NCBI RefSeq assembly: GCF_001194135.2 | Contig: NC_068988.1 | Location: 24,516,754 to 24,580,753, forward strand | DNA from: Octopus bimaculoides | Lineage: Eukaryota | Reading direction: 5' to 3' | Length of the DNA stretch: 64,000 nt | Part shown: piece after piece, positions 37,174-49,300 of the stretch | Numbering within the stretch: the first letter of the stretch is position 1 | How the letters are laid out: each line of letters starts with the position of its first letter | The notes under the pieces: model-generated | Databases searched by the model: none | Seen by the model: the letters and a program-made list of their open reading frames with translations, nothing else | What the model was told of the DNA's origin: nothing | Program-made: the position numbers and the translations under genes

Positions 37174-39079
37174 TTTGTGTCTATCTGTCTGCATGTATGT
37201 ATGTATGCGTGTTTGCATGTATGTATGTATATATGTATGTATGTATGTTTGAATGTTTGTATGTATGTATATATGTATGTTTGTTTGTGTGTATGTATGT
37301 CATCATTCAGTTTTATTTGAAGATTTCTTGCCAACAGAGAAAGAGCCGGTTTCTAACCTAGATCCAAGGCTCTAGGTTAGGAATTACAACAACTATGTAT
37401 GTCTACCTATCTGTGCATTTGTATGTATGTATGTATGTATGTATGCATGCTTGTCTCTGTTTTCTATCTGTCTGTCTGTCTGTATGTATGTGTGTGTGTG
37501 CGTGTATGTATGTATGTATGCATGTATGTATAATCAAAACAACAACAGTTGTCAATTGTTGGTGGGGGACGTACACAAACACAAAGGCACACTCGTACAC
37601 ATATTAATATATGACAAGCTTCCATTGTTGCCGTCTGCCAACGTCACTCACAAGACATTGGTCAGTCTTCGGCTACAATAGAAAACACACAGGTTACATA
37701 CTGTGAGATTGAACTCGAAACTATGTGGTTGCAAACGAGCATTTTAACCACACAATCATGTGCACCGGAAGTATATTGGAAAAAGTCGGCGTCAGCATTC
37801 GAATACAGAACTTAAACAGTCCCAAGTACAGTTTACATATCATTTTACTGTCAATGTATATAAACGGATGTTATTCCAGATGGAATCTGGAAATATAACA
37901 GAGAGGAACCTAATGAAAATCAAGAAAGCTGTCTTTAGTTTGCAAATATTTAATCACTAAATGGGAAAATATATAAAAGTGCAGTTTATGTTAAACATGA
38001 ATTGTGAAAGCAAAGTCAAGTCCATTGAAATTACAACAGAAAGAACGTAACTAAACATAAAAGTTGTATGTTAAACGCCATAATATATCAGAAAATTTGC
38101 AGAGTTAACTCCCACAAAAAAGAAAGATAATTCATAAATTTTAAGAAGAGTTATGTCCCCTATAAACAATTCTGATATTACTTCCTGGTCATATTTTAAA
38201 TGAGTAAACGGATTTCGTACTGTATAAAATACTGTAAAAAATAAACATTTATCCGAGATTGGTGCGAGTAGAGGAGATGAGTGTTCAAATTTCATATTTA
38301 GTGATCTTTTCCAATAACACTAGAATATTAAAATCGATTTAATAATTATCTTAAACTCAGAACGAAACTGCAGACGAAATACCGCTTAGCATTACGTCGC
38401 CAGCTCGCCGCCTAAAATCTTAATAATATTGAATTCTTGAAATATACTTTGAATGGCTATGGGGGCCCAGTAGAATAAAATAGGGGATCGAAGCCGTCCA
38501 TTGGCAGAAAATTGTCGAAAACCACTGGACTAAACTCTTCAAAGAGGTGCTCCAGCATGGCTATAATCCAAAAACTGAAAAAAGTAACGGAATAACAATA
38601 CAAGTTCGTAATTATTATATTCTGAATTTAATTAAAAGACTCCGTTTTTCCTATAAAGAAAAGAGAAATAAAACAAACTCATTTAGAAACTCATTAATCG
38701 GTAGAGCACAGATAAAATATCAAATAAAATTCATTTATGTCCCTTACACATTTTGAATTCGAAAAGGTGAAGGTCAATTTTGTCTGTCAGCGTTTTTAAA
38801 ACTCTACACGTAATTAATTTCGTTCCGTTGCTGCTTACACCAGTACTTGGTATATTCTTGGTTGATATAAAACCGAAACACGAAATATGGATTTACTAAG
38901 TTCAAAATGTATATAAATTATTGAAACTAATTTTTAAAAGATTTTCATAGTTATATAATCAAAATGAAATATTCAATAAATTATAATAAAGCTTTATCTT
39001 CGTCACGCATGTTTTTTTAATTTTATTTTTGCACAATTACGTTTAAAGTTTTCGTTCGTTAACAGAAAAAAAAAATACT

Positions 39080-39103
39080 ACTTCCGGTTACTTGTTACTT
39101 CCG
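39080..39103. promoter_or_regulatory. Tandem ETS/GABP-type motifs just upstream of the UCHL5 start codon
   Basis: ACTTCCGG at 39080-39087 and ACTTCCG at 39097-39103 (reverse complement of CCGGAAGT), about 30-55 bp before the ATG. This is a typical TATA-less housekeeping promoter element; function is inferred. Confidence 0.5.
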
Positions 39104-39135
39104 TTAAAATTTTTCAAATCTTAATTTCCAACACA

Positions 39136-39211
39136 ATGTCAGGTACTGCCGGAGATTGGTGTCTAATAGAAAGCGATCCGGGAGTATTTACGGAACTGAT
39201 CCGAGGATTCG
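39136..39211 (+). CDS. UCHL5: UCHL5 coding exon 1 (76 nt)
   Basis: ATG at 39136; [25 protein letters not shown](G), the UCH N-terminal motif; donor GTAAG at 39212. Confidence 0.96.
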
Positions 39212-40345
39212 GTAAGTGGTGCTTTGGAAACCGTCTCTGTAAAAATCAAAAAAGGCGACGACCATTCAATATCCATATTCAAAGTTTTCATTTATGCTGA
39301 TCCATGTGGAGTAAATACTACAGTACAACCCCCCCCCCGCCTCTCTCATACATTCACTTTCTTTCTTCTGCTTCAATGTTTTCATCTTTTCTCCATCTGT
39401 GTTAATACCACATATCAGTACAGAATGAATAGGATGTGTGTGTGTATATATATATATATATNNNNNNNNNNNNNNNNNNNNNNNNNNNNNNNNNNNNNNN
39501 NNNNNNNNNNNNNNNNNNNNNNNNNNNNNNNNNNNNNNNNNNNNNNNNNNNNNNNNNNNNNNNNNNNNNNNNNNNNNNNNNNNNNNNNNNNNNNNNNNNN
39601 NNNNNNNNNNNNNNNNNNNNNTATTATTATTATTATTATTATATGTATTTATTTTCTCTAAGTTAATAATTAACTTGGACAAAATAAATTGGTTAATAGA
39701 TACCAGGGTAGCAAAGATCACAAAATGACTGTGGTGTAACACCTGTTTATGAGGTAGAAACTCCTTGTTATTTTGGGTACTTAGATTTAGTAAATGGAGT
39801 AAAACGCATATGTTAAATGAATTCATTTAACATATGCGTTTTACTCCATTTATTAAATTTATATATATATAGGCATATGATAGGATTGCTTCAATATTTC
39901 AAGGGTAGTCTGAAGTATCTAAGCAACCAGGGGATAGTTAAATCCGAAGGCACTCCTGGAGATTACTTGTGTGGGTACCGTCTTTGTTAGAAGGTATCCA
40001 GAGGCAGGTAATTTATCGTTTAAACCGCAGTTTATAATAATTAAGTGGAGAATGGAGAAACATTCTCCACTTATATATATATAACAATAATAATATTAGG
40101 GATAAAATCCAAAATTACAGGTAAAAACTGAATTAAAATCAATTTATTAAAAATTAAAATTAAATTAAGTTTCACAGTATAAAATATATAGAAATATATA
40201 GTCATAGGGAAAAGAACCAAGGTCTATGAACTCATCGATGAAAAACCACTGTCACATATAGAAAAAATTTATAATTAAAAGTACAATAAATAAGTATAAT
40301 ATAATACAAATTAATGAGTTCATAAACCTTGGTTCTTTTCCCTAA

Positions 40346-40396
<51 letters not shown>

Positions 40397-43300
40397 TTTC
40401 GCTTAATCATGTTACATTCATCCGTTATCTCTCTTGTTAATTCTTTATTAGCAAGACCATATGTCTTAATTCTCATTTAACGGTGGTTTTTTCCACTGTA
40501 CTAACAGAAAAATTCCTTAGAACTATCACCTAAAGACCTAACTCAACTACCAAAATGTGTTGCTATCGTTGTTACCCCACAAATGTTTTTGATTCGCAAC
40601 ATAGGTATTATTAATTCTTTATGTCTCTGTATATAGCGCCGTTTGTGAAAAACTGCTGTCTCATCTCAATGTATTTTCTTTTGTTTCTCTCTCTCTCTCC
40701 CTCTGCCGTGTCGATAGCATTCTGCTGTCACCTCATTCATTCACTGGTTCTTATTCTTTTTAAATTTAATTTACCCACGATTCTACCATCACGCCACCTT
40801 AATAATAATAAATAGATACTATCAAACTTCTGCCCGATAAGGGTTGTCTTAGGGCCAAACAACCCATATGTTATTACCGGACTCTGCACTACTTCAGGTT
40901 CGGTTTCCACCCACCACGGCTAAACAATCTGATGAGGCCCGGTTCGACATTCATGACAGTAAAATTGGTTGCTCATACCGAAGCCCTTTTATCGATATTT
41001 ACACAGATATTCAATGAATCATGCTGCACCTTCTGGTGCTATCTATAAGACAACCGACGTTAGTCAATGACAGACTTTCTAACGCAGGGGTTCCCAACCT
41101 TATTTTGTTTATGGACTGGGAGCTATCTTATCATCTGCGGACCCCATATATACACATGTAAATTTTTGAAATAAAATATTTGTGTGTAGGTTACTAAAAA
41201 CTGACAATGAAACAATTTCGTTATGTTCATAACACAGATTCCGAATACAAATCTTGAAAATTTCATAATGGTGGAGGTAAAGAATACGCACACCACCCGT
41301 CTTCGGGGTAACCCTAACCACCCGGTGTGTGTATTCTTTACCTTCGATTTGGCGGAGGTAAAGAATGTGTACACCACCCGTTTTCAGTGGTTTTTTTTTT
41401 TTTTCAAGAGATTTTTTGGATTTCTATGTTTTCGATATAGGAGAATATGATTTTGTCCAAAATTCACGTTTTCAAAATTTTAATTTCCCCCACCTTCACC
41501 CCAGTTTCCGTATTTTAACTTTTTTTTCGAAATTTTGTTTTTAATCCACAGAGATTACGGATCTGGGAAATCTTTTTTTTAACTTTTAATTTTTCTCTAA
41601 GAAACACTCNNNNNNNNNNNNNNNNNNNNNNNNNNNNNNNNNNNNNNNNNNNNNNNNNNNNNNNNNNNNNNNNNNNNNNNNNNNNNNNNNNNNNNNNNNN
41701 NNNNNNNNNNNNNNNNNNNNNNNNNNNNNNNNNNNNNNNNNNNNNNNNNNNNNNNNNNNNNNNNNNNNNNNNNNNNNNNNNNNNNNNNNNNNNNNNNNNN
41801 NNNNNNNNNNNNNNNNNNNNNNNNNNNNNNNNNNNNNNNNNNNNNNNNNNNNNNNNNNNNNNNNNNNNNNNNNNNNNNNNNNNNNNNNNNNNNNNNNNNN
41901 NNNNNNNNNNTATTTGTACATACCTTTCTGAATTCCAAAAGAAGTAAAACTTGTGGCCTCCAACCATGATTGTTAAACTCCAAACAACTCTGTGCCTGAA
42001 TCTGTTGTATTGAATACCCAAAAGAAACATTTATGAAAATTTACTCATAAATATTACGGCGATGTACTTGCATAGCAAGTGACCTGATCTGAGATCGTGT
42101 GCTGGAACGAAAACAATTGCAGCGTGGAAGGTGTTTATAAGCTTTTTAAAATAACACACAAAAACCGTTAGATTCACTTCAACATTTAAATTTAATTTGT
42201 CAAAATATTTTCATCGCTTTGAGACCGCAACCATTAAATGTTGAAGTGAGGCTAACGGTTTTTGTGTTATTTTAAATGGCTTATAAACACCTTCTACGCT
42301 GCAATTGTTTTCGTTCCAGCACACAATCTCAGATCAGGTCACTTGCTATGTACTCATAAATAAATTTGCAATCATCTATATAAATTGATATCAAAGTTTG
42401 TATAAATTGAAATTAAATGCAGGTTCAGTCACAGATCAAGTTAGTACAGTTTTAACAGTTTTGTGACAACATTAACAAAAAGACAGTTGATTACATGCAG
42501 AAACTGTGGAATTTGTGATAATAAAATGTCTTCCTCACCACCTCACCTCCACCAAAAATTAATTTCTCTTCCAAAGAGAAAGTAGCATTATCTCTTTCTG
42601 TCACATTTTCATTAGAATGTAACGAGGCACTCGGTTGTCACAAAACTGTTAAAACTTTTCAAACATTGTTTTTTAACGGAAAAAAAAAAAAAAAATTCCN
42701 NNNNNNNNNNNNNNNNNNNNNNNNNNNNNNNNNNNNNNNNNNNNNNNNNNNNNNNNNNNNNNNNNNNNNNNNNNNNNNNNNNNNNNNNNNNNNNNNNNNN
42801 NNNNNNNNNNNNNNNNNNNNNNNNNNNNNNNNNNNNNNNNNNNNNNNNNNNNNNNNNNNNNNNNNNNNNNNNNNNNNNNNNNNNNNNNNNNNNNNNNNNN
42901 NNNNNNNNNNNNNNNNNNNNNNNNNNNNNNNNNNNNNNNNNNNNNNNNNNNNNNNNNNNNNNNNNNNNNNNNNNNNNNNNNNNNNNNNNNNNNNNNNNNN
43001 NNNNNNNNNNNNNNNNNNNNNNNNNNNNNNNNNNNNNNNNNNNNNNNNNNNNNNNNNNNNNNNNNNNNNNNNNNNNNNNNNNNNNNNNNNNNNNNNNNNN
43101 NNNNNNNNNNNNNNNNNNNNNNNNNNNNNNNNNNNNNNNNNNNNNNNNNNNNNNNNNNNNNNNNNNNNNNNNNNNNNNNNNNNNNNNNNNNNNNNNNNNN
43201 NNNNNNNNNNNNNNNNNNNNNNNNNNNNNNNGAGGTCATTGCCAGTGCCACTGGACTGACTCCTGTGCACGTGGCATGTAAAAAACACCATTTTGAGTGT

Positions 43301-46300
43301 GGCCATTGCCAGTGGCCCTTGTGCCGGTGGCACCTAAAAGCACCCACTACACTCTCGGAGTGATTGGCGTTAGGAAGGGCATCCAGCTGTAGAAACTCTG
43401 CCAAATCAGATTGGAGCCGGGTGCAGCCATCTGGACTTCTACTATAGCCTCAGACTAACCAAAGCCTTGTGAGTGGATTTGGTAGATGGAAACTGAAAGA
43501 AGCCTGTCGTGTGTGTGTGCGTGTCTATGTTTGTCCCCTCCACCATCACTTGACAACCGATGCTGGTGTGTCTATGTCTCCGTAACTTAGCAGTTCCACA
43601 AAAGTGTCCAATAAAATAAGTACTAGGCTTACAAAGAATAAGTCCTGGGGTTGATTTGTCCGACTAAAAATCCCTCAGNNNNNNNNNNAAGAATAAGTCC
43701 TGGGGTTGATTTGTCCGACTAAAAATCCCTCAGCGCGGTACTCCAGCATGGCTGCAGTCAAATGACTGAAACAAATGAAAGAATATATATATATACATAT
43801 AAACACGTAAACAGAAAGAAAACAAAGATTGAAGATACAGTTCTGTATTTAAGAGATGAGAAATTATGTTACATTGTTTACATTTGACAGGCATATGACA
43901 TAATTGTTAAGAGCGCGGGCTACTAAGCCCAAGATTCCAAGTTCGATTCCAGACAGTGACCTGAATAATAATAGTGATAATGATAATAATAATGATTTCA
44001 ACATCGAAAAATACCTTTGGAATGAGAACCTAGGTTCGAAATTTCTCCAAGACACCTGATGAACGCTGGAGGGTATATCAGACGAAACGTGTTAACAACA
44101 AACAAGATGAGGGTAAATATCCGTCAAATGTAAATAAAGATTGCAGATTTTCAGACAATGAATATTCAAGCATAAATATATAGACATTTACATTAATAGA
44201 TCAAATTTACATGGAATACAAATGAGAGAAAATGCAAGGGGACGAGGTATGGTGTTATTATAAGTCCAACACCTGTTTCTGGGAGCTCAGAGATCCATCA
44301 CAATGTTCGTAGATGTAGTTCAGCACAGTATGCGGGCCGTAATGGAAGCAAATAAACATTGGATAAATCAAGCCTTCATCATCAGGGTAGATAAAAAAAA
44401 TCTTACCTTTCAGATCATGATACAGAAAAGTTTAAAGGTGGAATCGGTCCCTCATAAAGACATCGGAGTCTAAATCCAAATAGCTTGAGTGCTAAGTGTT
44501 TTCTATACCAAGGATCACCAAATCAAGGTGGCAGGCTGGCAGAAATATTAGCACACTGGGCAAAATGCTTAGCGGTATTTTGTCTGTCTTTACGTTCTGA
44601 GTTCAAATTCCACCGAGGTCGACTTTGCCTTTCATCCTTTCGGGGTAGATAAATTAAGTACCAGTTGCATACTGGGGTCGATCTAATCAACTGGCCTCCT
44701 CCCCAAAACTTTTGGGCCTTGTGTCTAGAGTAGAAAAGAATCTCCAAATCTCATCTGTTGACTATATATGTGTATGTATGTATGCATGTATGACGTAAAG
44801 GAATAGGGATCTGGAATCCAGGCAGGTCCAACTTATTAACACTCTGATATAATTCAGGTTCTGGCCAACTGATGATAGGAGAGCTACAGAATTGTTTAGT
44901 GTATGTATATGTGTTTGTGTTTGTCACATCCCACTTGACAACTAGTTTTGGTTTGTTCACATCCCTGCAACATAGTGGTTCAGCAAAAGTGACTGACAAA
45001 ATAAGTACCAGACTTTAAAAAAAAATAATAATAATTACTGTGATTGATTTGTTTAATTAGTCCTTCAGGGTGATGCCCCACGTGGCTGCAGAGTAAGCTT
45101 CTTAACCACACAGCCTTGCCTTTGCCTGACTATACACATATGCATGTATATATATATCATTATCATCATCATCATCATCGTTTAACGTCCGCTTTCCATG
45201 CTAGCATGGGTTAGTTTTCAAAGTGTTTCTCTTCTAAGTAGAGACAAAGTATATTTGGAACAGTGAACTTATGAAAGGCACTGCCTATGTTGCTTAGAAC
45301 ACTGATCCAGAGTTAAAAACAATAGCCACTGTGGTCTCTCATTGTACAATATATTCCCCCGATAGAGTTAAGGAGTATCTGAAATAATGTTTCTGTGAAT
45401 GGCACTTAGTTTTTTGATCAACCACTCTACATAATAGGCCTCGGCTGGAACTAAACAACAACCACAATTATATCAGTATTGTTTCCTTGTTCTCCCTCTA
45501 GGACCATGGTTCTCAGTCATTTTTCTAACTATGATTACTATCTTATTCTGCTGGCCCCTCAGAGCCATTCAATGTTTAACCCTTTAGCATTTAAACTGAC
45601 CATATTCAGCCTCAAATATTCTTATCTGTTTTATGTATAAACTAGACAAATCCAGCCTCCACACCAACCCTACAATCTCATTCTAGAAATAAACAATCAC
45701 ATCATTGAAATTTTGAAGCTACATGCTAATATATAATTAATTCAAAACAATGTGAATAAATAAGCATTGTATTTGACAGCATAATCTGAATACTAAAGAG
45801 TGAAAAACTAGTTTTATAGATGCTTCTTTCAAAACTGGAGGAGACATGTGGGAAGGAGAGCCGCTGAAGAGGTCACAGGATGTGTAACAAAAGATTTTAG
45901 ACTAAGGACTCTAAAATAGGAACAATGAAGTCTTTCAAAATTCCTATTTTGTTGTTCAGACAGTTAACTTGTGCAGATTGAACCAAGTAAAACATTAGGG
46001 AAAGAAACCCGACTGTTTCTTGCGATAAANNNNNNNNNNTGTTGTTCAGACAGTTAACTTGTGCAGATTGAACCAAGTAAAACATTAGGGAAAGAAACCC
46101 GACTGTTTCTTGCGATAAATACATCTAAATCAAAAATTTTATACGGACCCTTAAAATACTACTGTTGACGCCCCCCCCCTAGTTTATTATTTTGCTTGCA
46201 AGGACACCCCCACCCCACGCCAGATTTTACATGGACCCCGGTTGAGAACCACCACTCTAGGCAGTCAAATGGATCAATGAAGGGTTGCTAATCAATGACA

Positions 46301-49300
46301 TTGAGCCAGCCTAGGGCTAAACAACAATCACCATGATATCCCATTGTGTTGTTTAGACCCCTATCTAGAGTCAAGGTTATCAAATGATGGGTCTGCAAAT
46401 GAAATTTGTCATTCAGCTGACTATCTATGTAGCGTCGGGCTAACCTGGATGTGTGGAGGCACGTGGCTTAGTGGTTAGGGTGCTGGACTTAGGGTCGTAA
46501 GATTGTGGTTTCAATTCCTGGACCAGGCGATATGCATTGTGTTCTTGAGCAAAACACTTCATTTCACATTTCTCCAGTCCACTCAGCTGGCAATTATGAG
46601 TCATCTTGCGACAGACTGGCGTCCCATCCGGGTGCAGAATATATGCACCATGGAAACTGGGAAGCTGGCCCTTTTGAGTCTGCATGACTCGAGGAGGTAC
46701 CTTTTACCTTTTTAACCTACACTTAAAACAACAACTGTTGTGATGTAATCTTTCTTTAAACAAAACGGCAAAGTTATGGGGATGTAAACAAACCAACACC
46801 GGTTATCAAGCATAGGAGAAACAAACACACACATATATATATATATATGGTGGGCTTCCACACAGTTTCCATCTAATGAATTCACTCACGAGGTGAGGGA
46901 CATCAGCTGAAGACACATGCCAGAAGTGCTGTGTGGTGGCACTGAACCTAAAACCAAAATCTTTCGCTAAATAGAACCATGGTACCATTGAAAAAAATGG
47001 ATCTGTACATGGTACCTACTCATTGACTGACACCCAGTACCTCATAGGGCTGACCTGGTGTTAACTCTTTAGTATTTAGATTACTCTTTCATGATTGTTT
47101 GAAAACATTTGACTGAGTGAAAGCACATGGCTCAGTGGTTAGAGCATCAGGCTCACAATCATGAGATAATGAGTTCAATTCCTGGACCCAGTTGTGTGTT
47201 GTGTTCTTGAGTAAGACACTTTATTTTCACGTTGCTCCAGTTCACTCAGCTGTAGGAATGAGTTGTGATGTCACTGGTGCTAAACTGTATCGATCTTTGC
47301 CTTTCCCTTGGATAACATCAGTGGCATGGAGAATGGAGTCTGGTATGCATGAGCGACTGCTGGTCTTCCATAAAAGCAACCTTGATCGGACTTGTGCCTC
47401 AGAGGGTAACTTTCTAGATGCAATCCCACAGTCATTCATGACCAAAGGGGTTCTTTACTCTTCATATTTAACTGAATAAACTAAATGTTAAAGGATTAAG
47501 GTGACAAGTGATTTTAAATGACCTAACTTGTTAATGTTGTCATTATTAAGTTGATAGGTCAGTCTTGATTCTATTGATCTTTGATCAATAGGTGATCAAG
47601 CTATGAGCGTTTCACATATTTTATCTTCGGGTGTAGTGTGTCTAAGATTGCATTAATTAAATGTGTCAATTCTTTTTCATATCACAAGTATACAACTTGA
47701 GGGATATTTGATTTCTGTGTCTAGCAGGTAGTGGTGGATTTATAAGGGCTAACTGTCTCAGGCCCCCTTTCCAAAACCACCCCCACTAATATAATATAAT
47801 GATTAAATATTAGTTTTACTTAAAGTAGATTTTTTTTTATATATTAAAATTTTCCTCTATGGCATTTTCATGCCATGGATCGCTACATACAGGCCTAACG
47901 CCCCCACCCCGCCCCACCCTTATTTTTGACATTATTTTCTTTTTTTTGCTTTTTTCAGATTATATTTTCTCACTAAAGATCCAATATACCATGGAAAATT
48001 CAGATACCTGGGGCTCAGAAAAGAGACGCTTCTAAGGAAAGGAATGAAAAGATACAGTTGCATTGAGGAAGATAGAAGGCCTTGTAAAGGCAAAGCTTTT
48101 TTGTCTACTTTGGAATTGGACGTCATGGCAACTTACGGTGAAGAACCAGCATGATATATTTCTTTTGAAATACCTGCACTCGAAAGTACCTACGCAGAAA
48201 ATGAGTGTAGCCTTGATGGGTCATCACGTCCTACACACACTTCAGACATGGACAATGCAATTTAATTAAAACTTTGGAAGGAAAAAAAACTTGCACAGAC
48301 TGTAAAGTTCCTGTTAGATGCTACATGGTCAGCTAGATGTGATGCTACTGAAGCCCTCTTAAATGGATACAACTGCATCATGTGAACCATATCCAGCCAT
48401 GTGGTTTTCTGTTAGAGATATGGTTGTTCCTTTTTTGGTCAAAACCAGTTATGACATGACAAAATATTTCTTTGCTTCTCAGATTTTCCATCAATGAAGC
48501 TGATGTCAACTCAATAGGCATTGTTATTTTGTCAGGAATTTCATATTTTACACTAAACATGGCATTGGTAAGCTGAATTTGAGAAAGTGGACCTGTACTT
48601 GCTGTCAAAGGATCACAGTTCTTTACTTTGTTGCACTGTTTACGTTCAGCCAAGATGACAGGTTTTCCTGTGAAGATGGTTCTAATGACTGAAAAATAAA
48701 GCAAGGCAAAAAGTAACCCTCTATCACAAACCTGATGTCGTAGATTCTTCTATGCTGGGAATCTTATTGTTTTTGTAAGTCTAGTGAAATAAGAAATACA
48801 GGACTGAAGTATTGTATTTTGTTGTAACCAGGATAGTTGTCTTAACTGAGAGAGGCCTAGAATTTAGAGACAGTGAAGATCTCGCAAGATCCAAGCATAT
48901 GGAACTTGTTGCACTGTTTATTCCATTTTAAATGATTCACCATAAAGAACCTGGCAATTGTGAAAATGGTAAACAATCATACTTACTGCCAAGCAGTCTA
49001 TTAAGAAATTATTATGTTGATGGCAAAGTAATGTCACAGAATTTAAAACAGCAGATCCGGCTCTTGTTAACCATCTAACAGTCATTGCCAGATGTAAGAA
49101 TGTTTTAACTTTCAGACTGAGTGACACATAGCATTAACGTCTCTGTAAGAATTTCTAGAAAACAAAAGTATTAATTGAGAAGACTACAGAGGACAGTCCT
49201 TGGGGTAATATGAGCCCCAGATTTAAGAATGAGCAACAATTTTCATTGTTTGTGCTATTGTTTGTTGGATTGGGCAACTGACCCTTGCTGTGTTTAAGCT

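Noticed and set aside
38700-39070. Divergent partner gene sharing the UCHL5 promoter
   Set aside because: No recognisable minus-strand first exon or ORF; only SINE scraps and AT-rich sequence
40929-40945. CTGATGAGGCCC hammerhead-like start
   Set aside because: No helix II partner or GAAA box follows
43634-43733. Apparent perfect 45-bp tandem duplication
   Set aside because: The copies flank a 10-N gap (43679-43688); this is an unmerged contig overlap
45950-46119. Apparent perfect 80-bp tandem duplication
   Set aside because: The copies flank a 10-N gap (46030-46039); assembly artefact
47901-47919. G-quadruplex-capable C-run tract (minus strand)
   Set aside because: A single short motif deep in an intron with no supporting context
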